From: an uncultured virus (IMG/VR IMGVR_UViG_3300027782_000071)
Lineage: Duplodnaviria; Heunggongvirae; Uroviricota; Caudoviricetes
DNA: 64,000 nucleotides
Direction: 5' to 3' (one strand)
IMG/VR virus record: IMGVR_UViG_3300027782_000071
Span: 1 to 64,000 of that record
Part shown: positions 17,600-26,684 of the stretch, in pieces
Layout of the letters: each line of letters begins with the position of its first letter
How positions within the stretch are numbered: position 1 is the stretch's first letter
The notes under the pieces: generated by a model
What the model was told of the DNA's origin: nothing
Database searches by the model: none
Seen by the model: only the letters and a program-made list of their open reading frames with translations
Position numbers and translations under genes: made by a program

Positions 17600-19569
17600 T
17601 ATAGATACGCTAGCTCTAGAAGAAGTTTTTGCTTAATAAATCTATTTAACAAGTAAGTATTATCTACTTGACCAGTAGGTTTTTTTCCTTCTGTTGGATA
17701 AGATGCTACTGTGGTTTGTGGAGGTGGTGATGATTCGGGAACATCGACAACAATTGTTTGACCTTTTCTTTCTGGAGTAATTACTTGTTCAACATTTGAT
17801 TTTGCTGTAGGATATAAATTTGCCTTCGCTGGTTTTCCAGAAAGATCCGATCCAGAAGATCCAGAAGCACCGTGAGAAACGGTAATTCCCTGACTTCCAA
17901 CAATTTCTGCCTCTCTTCCATATCCTCCCCTATAATAGACCGAACCTACGGCAAAGGGAAATTTAGTTGCCGATCCTGGTTGAGATGGAAAAGTTCTTTG
18001 CACTGAAGGATTAGTTTCCTGTATATCAACTGCCATGCTGCTTCTTGCACCATGTGCTTGCTGTTCTGCAGCAATTTGAGATTTTAGAGTTGCATCATCT
18101 TTACTTGCAAAAATTCCAGCATTTCCAAAATAAACACTAGATCCTCTTGCAAACATTGCCTTTACAGCATAAAAGGCAACATCTCTAATTCTTGCAAGTA
18201 TTGATGGATCATTTGTTTTGGAAGAATAATCCAAATGAAAATGTGTTGCATATAATTTATCTTTACCATTTCCAGATCCACCCTGAATAAATCCACCAGA
18301 CCCACTTTGGGGTATAAGTGATAATCCAGTGGAAGTATTTGTAGGTTTTGTTGAGATTGTTGTTGGAGTTGGTTTTGCTGATTGTGTTGGTTGTGCCTTT
18401 GATACTGGAGTTCTTCTCGCCTGCTCAACAATTGCCCTTTCTTTAGTAGAGTATTTGGATCCTCCAGAAGTCCAAGGTGCTATTCCCCTTTCTTGCATTA
18501 ATGCAAGTGCCATTCTATCTTGATTTTCGGGACTAAATTGATCGCTTGGTTTTAAACCTGCAGAATTCATTGCTCCTGGAAGAGTATTACCAATCATTTG
18601 ATATTTTCCAGCAGCATGAACTCCCAAATCAGGTTTTGCGTTTCTTGGATATTTTCTTTCATTTTGACGATCAATGACTTCACCAATGGTCATATCAGTT
18701 AAATTTTTACCAATAATATCTTTTGAAGTTTTGCCTCCCATAGTTGATCCAACTATGTTTCCATTTTTATCAGTTCCTTGATTCATAGCATTATAATTGC
18801 CACCACTTTCTGGACCAGCAATAATATCCAATGCTTGTTTATGAATTCCTCCTACAGGGCTAGAAGGTGTTGATGGTTGAGGATAAAGTGTATTTGGCGC
18901 TTCTTCTCCTAATGGTGGTGCTTCTTCTTCAGTATCAGAAGATTGTGTAAGTGGTGTGGTTAATAATTTATAAGCTTGAAACAATTCATCATTTACAGAT
19001 TGCATGGAAGAATTTAAATCTAAAAATGAATTTTTTACTCTGCCTGATTGATCAGTAAAATCAAAAGTTGCTATGTTAGTAACAACACTTGTTAAAAGAG
19101 TTCCAAAATTACTTATTATATTTAAAGTATCTCCTATAAAATCCGATATTAAACTTCCAACTTTAAATACTCTAGAAATAAATTCCTTTCCTATAAAAAT
19201 TATTGTTGGCAAATTCTCAACTAACCATCCAGCAGTTAAAAATCCAAGAAATCCCAATAATCTCTGAAATGGTCCAGCAGAACTTGAACTAATCATTCTA
19301 AATCCACTTGTTGGATTTGTAGTTACTTTTGATGCTTCAATCCTATCTTCAATTTCCTTTCTTCTAGATGCTTCTCTTCTTCTTGCATCAAGAATACTTG
19401 ATTTAAATGCCAATCTTTCCTTTTCTTTCGTATTAGATGATATTACTCTAGAAATTTTATTAATAGAAATATTAGATTTTAAGATTTGGTTTTTTGTAGT
19501 ATTAATAGATCTATTAGCATCTTCGGATGCAAGTAAAGATAATCTAAAAGAACTGGATATAGATGCCAT
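17599..19569 (-). CDS. Tape-measure/hub-associated virion protein with a lysozyme-like domain and a permuted M23-like peptidase domain
   Basis: Helical N-terminus; ESGGNYNAMN...AAGKYQ...F..ENQD lysozyme/transglycosylase motifs; HFH, H..D and GGYG...H motifs. Confidence 0.7.
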   Translation of the reverse strand: MASISSSFRLSLLASEDANRSINTTKNQILKSNISINKISRVISSNTKEKERLAFKSSILDARRREASRRKEIEDRIEASKVTTNPTSGFRMISSSSAGPFQRLLGFLGFLTAGWLVENLPTIIFIGKEFISRVFKVGSLISDFIGDTLNIISNFGTLLTSVVTNIATFDFTDQSGRVKNSFLDLNSSMQSVNDELFQAYKLLTTPLTQSSDTEEEAPPLGEEAPNTLYPQPSTPSSPVGGIHKQALDIIAGPESGGNYNAMNQGTDKNGNIVGSTMGGKTSKDIIGKNLTDMTIGEVIDRQNERKYPRNAKPDLGVHAAGKYQMIGNTLPGAMNSAGLKPSDQFSPENQDRMALALMQERGIAPWTSGGSKYSTKERAIVEQARRTPVSKAQPTQSAKPTPTTISTKPTNTSTGLSLIPQSGSGGFIQGGSGNGKDKLYATHFHLDYSSKTNDPSILARIRDVAFYAVKAMFARGSSVYFGNAGIFASKDDATLKSQIAAEQQAHGARSSMAVDIQETNPSVQRTFPSQPGSATKFPFAVGSVYYRGGYGREAEIVGSQGITVSHGASGSSGSDLSGKPAKANLYPTAKSNVEQVITPERKGQTIVVDVPESSPPPQTTVASYPTEGKKPTGQVDNTYLLNRFIKQKLLLELAYL

Positions 19570-19570
19570 C

Positions 19571-21313
19571 TTACATTACCACATTATAATTTAACTGAGA
19601 ATACAAGATATAAAAATTATCAGGGTTTGCTGAATTTATCAATGGAACATCAGTCATACTTTCACCAGTACTTGGAAAAACTTTCTGTGATTTTTGTGGA
19701 GATTGTCCAGATGATGTGACGATAACATTTGGTTTTGCTTCGGGCAAATTACCTACATTTGGAACTGGTTTTGGTATATTTTGAACTTGAGCTGGTTGTA
19801 TATTTAATTTTTTCTCATTTGATTGAGTGGGTGAAGTTACTTCTGGAATATTTTGTTCATTTGTTTTAGACTCTACCTCTAATTTTTGTTCAGATTGTTT
19901 ACTATCAAATGAATTTTCGATACGCTTAAATTCTGGATTTGATGTGTCAATATTGAAAGTATAATTACCAACTCCAGCAGTCATTGGTGTTTGTGGAGTA
20001 GATTTAATTTCAGGTTGTGTTGGTGCTGGTGAAGGTGTTGCTGAATTAATCTTTGGTTGTGTTGCTGTTACTGATGGTGCAGCTGCTGGTGAAGGTGTTG
20101 CTGAATTAATCTTTGGTTGTGTTGCTGTTACTGATGGTGCAGCTGCTGGTGAAGGTGTTGATTTTTGTGAATTAATTTTTGGTTTTGCTGTTTCTGATGA
20201 TTTTTCTGCTGGTTTTGGTGCATTTGCTCCTGTAAGAAGGTCAGTACCTTTTCCTGCAAGTATAAATCCTGCAGCTCCACCAGCAATCATTCCTGGAAGT
20301 TTTAATGGTCCTGGCAATTTTGCCCCCATCTGAGCGCCTTTTTCTGCCCCATAAAGACTAGCAGCAGTTCCTGCTCCCGCCTGAACATTTGTTTGTCCCT
20401 CATTCTTTCTTTCTATAAATTCGGTAGCACCCAGAACAACATTAACGGCACCTTTAGCAACACCCTTAAGTACATTACCAGTATTTTTTAATAATCCACT
20501 AGTGGCACCCTCTGTTGCACCTTTAGTGGCGGCCGTTGTTGCGCCTTTAGCAGCACCACCACTAAAAATACTTTTTGCCGTAGATGTAACTGCTTTAATT
20601 GGAGCGGTAATAATTTTTCCAATCAATCCTGTAATTTTTGCAACAACACTTCCAAGTGTTTTAATAATTAAATTAAATCCACCTTTAATTGTAAAAAGAA
20701 TTCCAGCGGCAATACCAAGATGTTTAATAATATTATTTTTAATCTCAGTAAGTTTACTCCTATCTCCTTGCTGCTTAGCATCAAAAAATTTAACTAACTC
20801 ATTTGTTAGCCACCCAGCAAAAAGAAATGTGAGTGCCTTTTGAACATTACCAAAAATATCTTGAACTTTTGGTGTAAGTTTTTGAACTGGTATAAGAACT
20901 GCAGATTGTATTTTCTGCTCTATCTCATTTTCTTTACCAATTCTTATTTCCTGTTCTGCATATCTTCTTTGTCTTTCTGCTTCTGATATTAATCTAGATT
21001 GGTCGGAAGCACCATCTTGCTGAATTAATACTGCAATTTTTTCTAATCCAGAATTTAAAGTTACAACTTGCTGATTGAGATTTTTAACCTGAGTATCAAG
21101 TGCAATTAAAGATTGTTGATTTGTTTGTGCAAGTTGTAAATTTTGATTATTATTCTCTACATATTGGGATATAAAAGTAGTATCTCCCCTAAAGGATGAA
21201 CTTGATATTTTTGTACTATTTAAAATTGCCTGCCTTACTTCTTTGGACAGCGGAGATCCTGTAATTGGATCTACTCCATTACTAGCAACTGATTTTAAAT
21301 CAACTTCCGCCAT
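19571..21313 (-). CDS. Tape-measure-like/baseplate hub tail-length protein (gp29-like)
   Basis: Coiled-coil and Gly/Ala-rich amphipathic segments, Pro/Thr-rich tail; position after gp26-gp51. Confidence 0.6.
   Translation of the reverse strand: MAEVDLKSVASNGVDPITGSPLSKEVRQAILNSTKISSSSFRGDTTFISQYVENNNQNLQLAQTNQQSLIALDTQVKNLNQQVVTLNSGLEKIAVLIQQDGASDQSRLISEAERQRRYAEQEIRIGKENEIEQKIQSAVLIPVQKLTPKVQDIFGNVQKALTFLFAGWLTNELVKFFDAKQQGDRSKLTEIKNNIIKHLGIAAGILFTIKGGFNLIIKTLGSVVAKITGLIGKIITAPIKAVTSTAKSIFSGGAAKGATTAATKGATEGATSGLLKNTGNVLKGVAKGAVNVVLGATEFIERKNEGQTNVQAGAGTAASLYGAEKGAQMGAKLPGPLKLPGMIAGGAAGFILAGKGTDLLTGANAPKPAEKSSETAKPKINSQKSTPSPAAAPSVTATQPKINSATPSPAAAPSVTATQPKINSATPSPAPTQPEIKSTPQTPMTAGVGNYTFNIDTSNPEFKRIENSFDSKQSEQKLEVESKTNEQNIPEVTSPTQSNEKKLNIQPAQVQNIPKPVPNVGNLPEAKPNVIVTSSGQSPQKSQKVFPSTGESMTDVPLINSANPDNFYILYSQLNYNVVM
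20024..20160. repeat. 60-bp perfect tandem repeat (~2.3 copies) encoding TPSPAAAPSVTATQPKINSA
   Basis: 20041-20100 and 20101-20160 are identical. Confidence 0.95.
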
Positions 21314-21479
21314 TTGATTGATTCTTCAGATTTTCTTCTTCGATGTATTGTTGGAGAAGAGATACATAAATTTCTCTTTCCCAAGGTATCATATTTTCTA
21401 ACTCCGTCAAAGAGTATTTATGATGTTGAATCAAAGCAAAGTTCGTTTTATAGTATGACGCAAGATCTTCATGCGACAT
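21300..21479 (-). CDS. gp51: Baseplate hub assembly protein gp51 (not in the ORF track)
   Basis: MSHEDLASYYKTNFALIQHHKYSLTELENMIPWEREIYVSLLQQYIEEENLK, the characteristic gp51 motif. Confidence 0.9.
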   Translation of the reverse strand: MSHEDLASYYKTNFALIQHHKYSLTELENMIPWEREIYVSLLQQYIEEENLKNQSNGGS

Positions 21480-21481
21480 AC

Positions 21482-22201
21482 CTAAGCGAAAAAACTTGAC
21501 AATCCCTCTAAAACAACTGTGCTTTCAACATTAGTATTTGGATTTTTGAGACTAACAGTATGAGAAAGTTTTGGCATAGTCTCAAAGAATTTTTCAATTT
21601 CTTTAAATTGATTAGAAGTTAATTGCTCCAAAAATTGAATTAGATCTTTGTTGGAAAAATCACTTGCATTCCAAGACTCTTCTTCGCTATAAACTTGCTC
21701 AATGCATGAACAGATCAGGTCAAAAGTATCATCAACACTAACATCATTAGTATTGGAAAAATTACTTTTAATAAATTCCTGTATAGATGGATACTTCATT
21801 CTCATTGTCAAAGCATCGTCCAATTTAATATCCCGAGAATGTTGATCACTAACTTCAACTTTAATTTCGTCAAGATTGATACTTACTGGTACTTTTGTTA
21901 CACCATCATCTGGGCAAGTAATCAAAACATTTACAGTTTCTCCTACAGATTTTCCACGAATATTTAAAAATAGATATTCAATATCAAATGTGGATAGTTT
22001 TTCAATTTTGATTCCTCTTGTAATCAAACAGTTTGAAATTACATTTTTAACAGCATCTGCAATTTGCTTGGAATCTTCACTTTCCATTGCAATGATAAGA
22101 ATTTTTTCTTCCTTTACAAGAAATGGTCTATATTTAATTGTTTTTTTAATTGAAGGAATTTCCAACTCATATGTTGGTGTAGAGATTGTTGGTAAAGGCA
22201 T
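21482..22201 (-). CDS. gp26: Baseplate hub subunit/chaperone gp26
   Basis: MPLPTI.TPTYEL..PS....IKYRPFLVKEEKIL...FDIEYLFLNIRGKSVGE. Confidence 0.92.
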   Translation of the reverse strand: MPLPTISTPTYELEIPSIKKTIKYRPFLVKEEKILIIAMESEDSKQIADAVKNVISNCLITRGIKIEKLSTFDIEYLFLNIRGKSVGETVNVLITCPDDGVTKVPVSINLDEIKVEVSDQHSRDIKLDDALTMRMKYPSIQEFIKSNFSNTNDVSVDDTFDLICSCIEQVYSEEESWNASDFSNKDLIQFLEQLTSNQFKEIEKFFETMPKLSHTVSLKNPNTNVESTVVLEGLSSFFA

Positions 22202-22235
22202 AATGACCTATAGAATTCAGTAAATTTATTTAGGG

Positions 22236-23048
22236 TCAAATTGTTTGAATAGGATTGTATGGTCCACCAACTCCTCTTGGTCTTGGATCATCCAATCTTC
22301 CCGTACCTTGATTTAGATTTCTCCAAAGCATTTCCTGCTTACCAGTAGCAAGTTTATTTGGCAATACACTATTGTCAATTGTAGCAGATGCTGGTATTAA
22401 ATTATTGTTAATATTTTGATAAATTGATAAACTAGTAGTTCTTCCTGCAATATAACGATCAAATTGGAATGAAACGTTGATGAGCATTATATTTGAAGAA
22501 CTATATGAAACTGGAATTGAGGATATGCTTAACGGGAAAAGTCCAATAAAGTTATACTCAATTTCTGCATTATAATCTCGATCAAATTTAATTATTTTTG
22601 TGGATTCCGATTTATAGTATTTTGGATACTGCATCCTAACAAAATATGCCTGAGATTCTTGCCGAATAGGATTAGAAACTCCTGCAATTGGATTATAAGA
22701 ACCACTCGTAGTGAATTCCATCCAATATTCTAAAAATTTTAATATATTATAATTACTATCAACATAAAATTCCATCGAAATTTGAGAATAAACTTTCGAA
22801 TGGGCAAATTTTTCTTGAACTCCTATATGATTATAAATCTCCCCAGATCCCAATTGAAATGTTGGAAGAGATGTGGAAGAACACAGAAGTCCAGCATCAT
22901 TGGTAATAAATCTTTGAGTTATTCCTCTCCTATCCAAATAGGACAGCAATTGACCACTAAATCCACCAAATTGAACTTCATAGTGTGAAGTTTGGGCAAG
23001 ATTTGAAAATAGTGGTTTAATGTCCGATATTCTACGCGGTGAAGCCAC
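22236..23048 (-). CDS. Tail tube-like/baseplate tail tube initiator (gp19/gp54 family)
   Basis: LLCSSTSLP...FYVD...FLEYW...Y.FIGLFP.SISSIPVSY tube-fold motifs; divergent from gp4. Confidence 0.72.
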   Translation of the reverse strand: MASPRRISDIKPLFSNLAQTSHYEVQFGGFSGQLLSYLDRRGITQRFITNDAGLLCSSTSLPTFQLGSGEIYNHIGVQEKFAHSKVYSQISMEFYVDSNYNILKFLEYWMEFTTSGSYNPIAGVSNPIRQESQAYFVRMQYPKYYKSESTKIIKFDRDYNAEIEYNFIGLFPLSISSIPVSYSSSNIMLINVSFQFDRYIAGRTTSLSIYQNINNNLIPASATIDNSVLPNKLATGKQEMLWRNLNQGTGRLDDPRPRGVGGPYNPIQTI

Positions 23049-23083
23049 TCTAAATACCTATTATATGTCGTATTAGTATTTAG

Positions 23084-23521
23084 ATGTCATATAAGGGAAA
23101 ATATCAACCAGCATTCCCCAAAAAGTATAAGGGCGATCCATCAAATATCACATATAGGTCTTTGTGGGAACGTAAATTTATGGTGTATTGTGATACTAAT
23201 GAAAATATTTTAGAATGGGGAAGTGAAGAATTGGCGCTTCCTTATAGATCTCCAATAGATAATCGCATTCATAGATACTTTCCAGACTTTTATATTAAGG
23301 TCAAAGAAAGTAACGGTTCAATTAAGAAATATCTAATTGAAATCAAACCAAAAAAACAAACAGTAGAACCAATACCACAAAAAAGAAAAACAAAAGGATA
23401 TATCTATGAAGTTTATGAATATGCTAAAAATCAGGCAAAATGGAAAGTGGCGCGGGAATTCTGTGAAGATCGCCAATGGGAATTTAAAGTTTTAACCGAA
23501 GATGATTTGGGGATTAAATAA
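23084..23521 (+). CDS. gp4: Head completion nuclease gp4
   Basis: YKGKY.P..PKKYKGDP..I.YRSLWE...HRYFPDF...IEIKP...NQAKW. Confidence 0.93.
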   Translation: MSYKGKYQPAFPKKYKGDPSNITYRSLWERKFMVYCDTNENILEWGSEELALPYRSPIDNRIHRYFPDFYIKVKESNGSIKKYLIEIKPKKQTVEPIPQKRKTKGYIYEVYEYAKNQAKWKVAREFCEDRQWEFKVLTEDDLGIK

Positions 23522-24087
23522 TGGCATCTAAATTAACTGGATACGAGAAACAATTAGACAGTTATACTAAAAATGAATTGGTCGAAATTGCACAGAAATA
23601 TACAATTTATTATATTGGAGAATCTGGTCAAGGAAAAACATCTGGTTATAGCAAATTAACAAAAGAAAAGTTAATTTCAATTATTCGTAATGATAATGAC
23701 TATAAGGATGCAAATCCAAATATTAATAATAGACCAGTTAATAGAATTCAAAGACTGGTTAACAGTTTATATGGAACTGAGGAACCTGAGGAACTGATGG
23801 ATTATATTTTGGAAGCACTGTCTGATGGAGGAAGTTCAAGTACATCCAAAGGAAAATACTACACCTTTTTATATTATGCAAAAACTCCAAGAATAACTTA
23901 CGATCAACATCCACTTATTCTTGCTGGCGATTCTACTGCAAATGGATTTTATGGATTCAATTATCACTGGGGAAAAGTACGCCGATATACTTATCCAGAA
24001 GCTGCTAGTCCATTTTTTGAAGTTTCAGTTCGAGAATTTTATTCCTTGAAGCAACTTCCTTATGCAAAATATATTACAAAGACCTGA
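23521..24087 (+). CDS. gp2: DNA end protector gp2-like protein with N-terminal helix-extension-helix-like segment
   Basis: GKYYTFLYYAKTP.I.YDQHPLI...GFNYHW; position between gp4 and gp48. Confidence 0.7.
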   Translation: MASKLTGYEKQLDSYTKNELVEIAQKYTIYYIGESGQGKTSGYSKLTKEKLISIIRNDNDYKDANPNINNRPVNRIQRLVNSLYGTEEPEELMDYILEALSDGGSSSTSKGKYYTFLYYAKTPRITYDQHPLILAGDSTANGFYGFNYHWGKVRRYTYPEAASPFFEVSVREFYSLKQLPYAKYITKT

Positions 24088-24107
24088 TAAATAGTTAGAA
24101 AACAATA

Positions 24108-25004
24108 ATGGCAGGATCTTTAAGATATCCGATTAAAAACATAGGAATAAATGATGATTATCTCAGAATAGAGATTGTTGAATATGTTCCACCTGGACTT
24201 GGGCAGCAAGGGCAAGGATTTGCATTGGGAACTACGGATCAAGCAATAAAAAATAATAAAAAACTATTACAGACGATTATATTACCAATACCACAAAATA
24301 TTTCAGATTCAAATTCTGCTAGTTGGGGAGAAAATTCATTAGATTCTGTTGCGGGTGGACTTATGAGTGGAACTGCAGATGTAATGTCCTCATCAACTCC
24401 ATTTAATACTGGATTAAAAGCAGTAAAAGGTGTAATTGATAAAGTTACGGGAGGAGTTACTGATGCTACAGGACAAAAAGCAGCAACGACAGCATTTACA
24501 GGATTAGCAGTACAAACATTATTAAGTGGAGAAGCAAATATTAATCAACTAGTTTCCAGATCAACTGGAGCAGTTATTAATCAGAATGTTGAGTTGTTAT
24601 TTGGAGGAGTTACGATTAGAACACCATTTCAATTTTCATACGACTTGATACCCAGATCTGAAGAAGAATCGTTAGTGGTTAAAAATATTATTAGATTATT
24701 CAAACAAAATATGACAGCAAGTAAAGGTAGTGCAGAGTCTAATGGTGGAGGATTTTTTGTAAAATCTCCAAATGTATTCTTACTATCTTACATGAGTGGT
24801 GGAAAAATACACCCATTTTTAAACAAATTTAAACCTTGTGCTCTATTAAATATGGGAGTAAACTATACTGCTTCTGGACAGTATGCAACTTATTCAGATG
24901 CTACTCCAGTTCATCTACAACTAAGTCTTTCATTTCAAGAATTATCTGTTGTATATGCTGAAGATTATAATGAAGGAGACGGTACAATAGGAGTAGGTTA
25001 CTAA
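24108..25004 (+). CDS. gp48: Baseplate tail tube cap gp48
   Basis: LRYP...IILPIPQNISDSN...NQNVELLF...FSYDLIPRS..E...FKPCAL..MGVNYT...LSFQEL. Confidence 0.88.
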   Translation: MAGSLRYPIKNIGINDDYLRIEIVEYVPPGLGQQGQGFALGTTDQAIKNNKKLLQTIILPIPQNISDSNSASWGENSLDSVAGGLMSGTADVMSSSTPFNTGLKAVKGVIDKVTGGVTDATGQKAATTAFTGLAVQTLLSGEANINQLVSRSTGAVINQNVELLFGGVTIRTPFQFSYDLIPRSEEESLVVKNIIRLFKQNMTASKGSAESNGGGFFVKSPNVFLLSYMSGGKIHPFLNKFKPCALLNMGVNYTASGQYATYSDATPVHLQLSLSFQELSVVYAEDYNEGDGTIGVGY

Positions 25005-25005
25005 A

Positions 25006-25653
25006 ATGTCATACTTTAGAGAATTACCAAATCTAGAATATCAATCAATACTTTCTGATAGAGTATCTTCTGACGAATATTTAATTGTAAAAAATTTATT
25101 TCGTAGAGCAAAACTTAGAGAAGATCTTCAAAATGTTTTTACGATCTTTAATAAGTATCAAATACCAGATGGATCTAGACCAGAATTAGTTGCTAAAGAG
25201 ATCTATAATAGCGCACAATATGATTGGATTGTTTTAATTGGTGCAGGAATCACTAATGTTAGGGATCAATGGCCATTATCCGATAGAGATCTTTATACTT
25301 ATGCCGAAGAAATATATGGTGAAAATTTAAATGATATTCATCATTATGAGACTACGGAAGTCAAAGATTTAAAAGGAAGATTAATTCTTCCTGCAGGAAA
25401 AGTTGTTGATGCATCCTTCACTATACCAAACCAAAATTTGTTGACTCAAACTATAAATCCTGTAACTGGAATTACTAATTATGAATATGAAGTAAGAAAA
25501 AATAATAAAAAAAGATTAATATATGTTATCAAACCATCTTACTTAAAACAAATTATTAAAGATATGAGAAACAGTTTACTTTATGATGAATCTTCACAAT
25601 ATATTAATGAAAAATTGATTAAAACTGAAAATACTAGAAATACCTTACCATAA
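25006..25653 (+). CDS. gp53: Baseplate wedge protein gp53
   Basis: MSYFRELPNLEY...KNLFRR...RPELVA..IY....DWIVL...QWPL...HHYET. Confidence 0.9.
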   Translation: MSYFRELPNLEYQSILSDRVSSDEYLIVKNLFRRAKLREDLQNVFTIFNKYQIPDGSRPELVAKEIYNSAQYDWIVLIGAGITNVRDQWPLSDRDLYTYAEEIYGENLNDIHHYETTEVKDLKGRLILPAGKVVDASFTIPNQNLLTQTINPVTGITNYEYEVRKNNKKRLIYVIKPSYLKQIIKDMRNSLLYDESSQYINEKLIKTENTRNTLP

Positions 25654-26232
25654 GAGTTCTAGATTCTTATCAAATATCATTACATATCGATGTTTGCGGG
25701 AGCGGTCTTTCCAGTCTCCTTCAGCACCTTTAATTTTGCCTCTAGAGTGTTTAGTTCCGTCTGCATAATAGAAATCTTTTTTTGCGTCTGTGAGTCCGCA
25801 ATATTTAAAATTACAAGCGCGATAGATTGTACCATTATGGAAATCACTATCAGCGTAAGAGATGATTGCTTTAACTTCAGTATCCTTCCGTAACTGTCTA
25901 ATCGCTCTTGAAACAAACCAAGAAGTGATATTATGCTCAGTTCGTTGAGTTTCGGGATGGATGCAGAGTCTTGATAACTCAAAAAGTCCTTGTTGTTCAT
26001 TTCGTTCAAGTCCAAATGCACCTGTTGCAATTTCGGGAACAGGCAGTCCAGTAAAAATACAAACTCCTTGAAGACCACCAATATTTAATGGGCAAAAATC
26101 ATTATTTTTATAAAGACCATAGTTATACCCAGATTTAAAATCTTTAGATATATCTTTAAGATAATGAAACTTCAGAAGTAACTCTGAAGATTCGGATTTA
26201 CTTATGCGATCTATATAAAAATCTGACTTCAT
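25645..26232 (-). CDS. mom: Mom-family (GNAT-like) DNA adenine modification protein
   Basis: HYL...ELSRLC...SWFVSRAIR...IISYAD...H.GTIYRACNF. Confidence 0.78.
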   Translation of the reverse strand: MKSDFYIDRISKSESSELLLKFHYLKDISKDFKSGYNYGLYKNNDFCPLNIGGLQGVCIFTGLPVPEIATGAFGLERNEQQGLFELSRLCIHPETQRTEHNITSWFVSRAIRQLRKDTEVKAIISYADSDFHNGTIYRACNFKYCGLTDAKKDFYYADGTKHSRGKIKGAEGDWKDRSRKHRYVMIFDKNLELLW

Positions 26233-26627
26233 AAGAGTTTTTCTAAAGGATTTCTAATATCACTACCACTAAAATGATTTTTTAACAAATTTACTTGTTC
26301 TTTAAATTTTTCTTCTGGACAGCGTTGTCTGCCCAAATTAAATAATCTAAGTGCAATAACAACATTGCCAGGAATATAACCATCAAATTCGTCCAATCTT
26401 TCTAAACTTGGCGCAAGTGGATTATGAGATTCAAAAACTCCTTGTGGGTTAATTGGAAATCCTGTCCAATAACATTTGCCATTTTGGTTAAAAAATTGCT
26501 CAACTAAATACGTTTCATCAATAGTAACATCTAATGGTTCTGTTCTTTTGATTCCGTTTTTCTTTTCTTGTCCAGGTCGCGCAGCAGTTTTTGCTTTATG
26601 AATAAGTGCTTTCCAAGGATTTTTCAT
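26229..26627 (-). CDS. Putative beta-beta-alpha (HNH/EndoVII-like) endonuclease
   Basis: QNGKCYWTG...APSLERLD...GYIPGNV.....FN motif; ATGA overlap with mom; start placed at MKNPW. Confidence 0.55.
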   Translation of the reverse strand: MKNPWKALIHKAKTAARPGQEKKNGIKRTEPLDVTIDETYLVEQFFNQNGKCYWTGFPINPQGVFESHNPLAPSLERLDEFDGYIPGNVVIALRLFNLGRQRCPEEKFKEQVNLLKNHFSGSDIRNPLEKLL

Positions 26628-26631
26628 AATT

Positions 26632-26666
26632 AAAAAAATAGGGGAGAGGACTCTCAACTTCTCCCC
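26632..26666 (-). terminator. Intrinsic terminator after gp32
   Basis: GGGGAGAAG-TTGAGAGT-CCTCTCCCC followed by TATTTTTTT. Confidence 0.7.
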
Positions 26667-26684
26667 CATTATAGCACAAATATC

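Noticed and set aside
21314..21499. 61-aa plus-strand ORF
   Set aside because: Antisense to the recognisable gp51 gene
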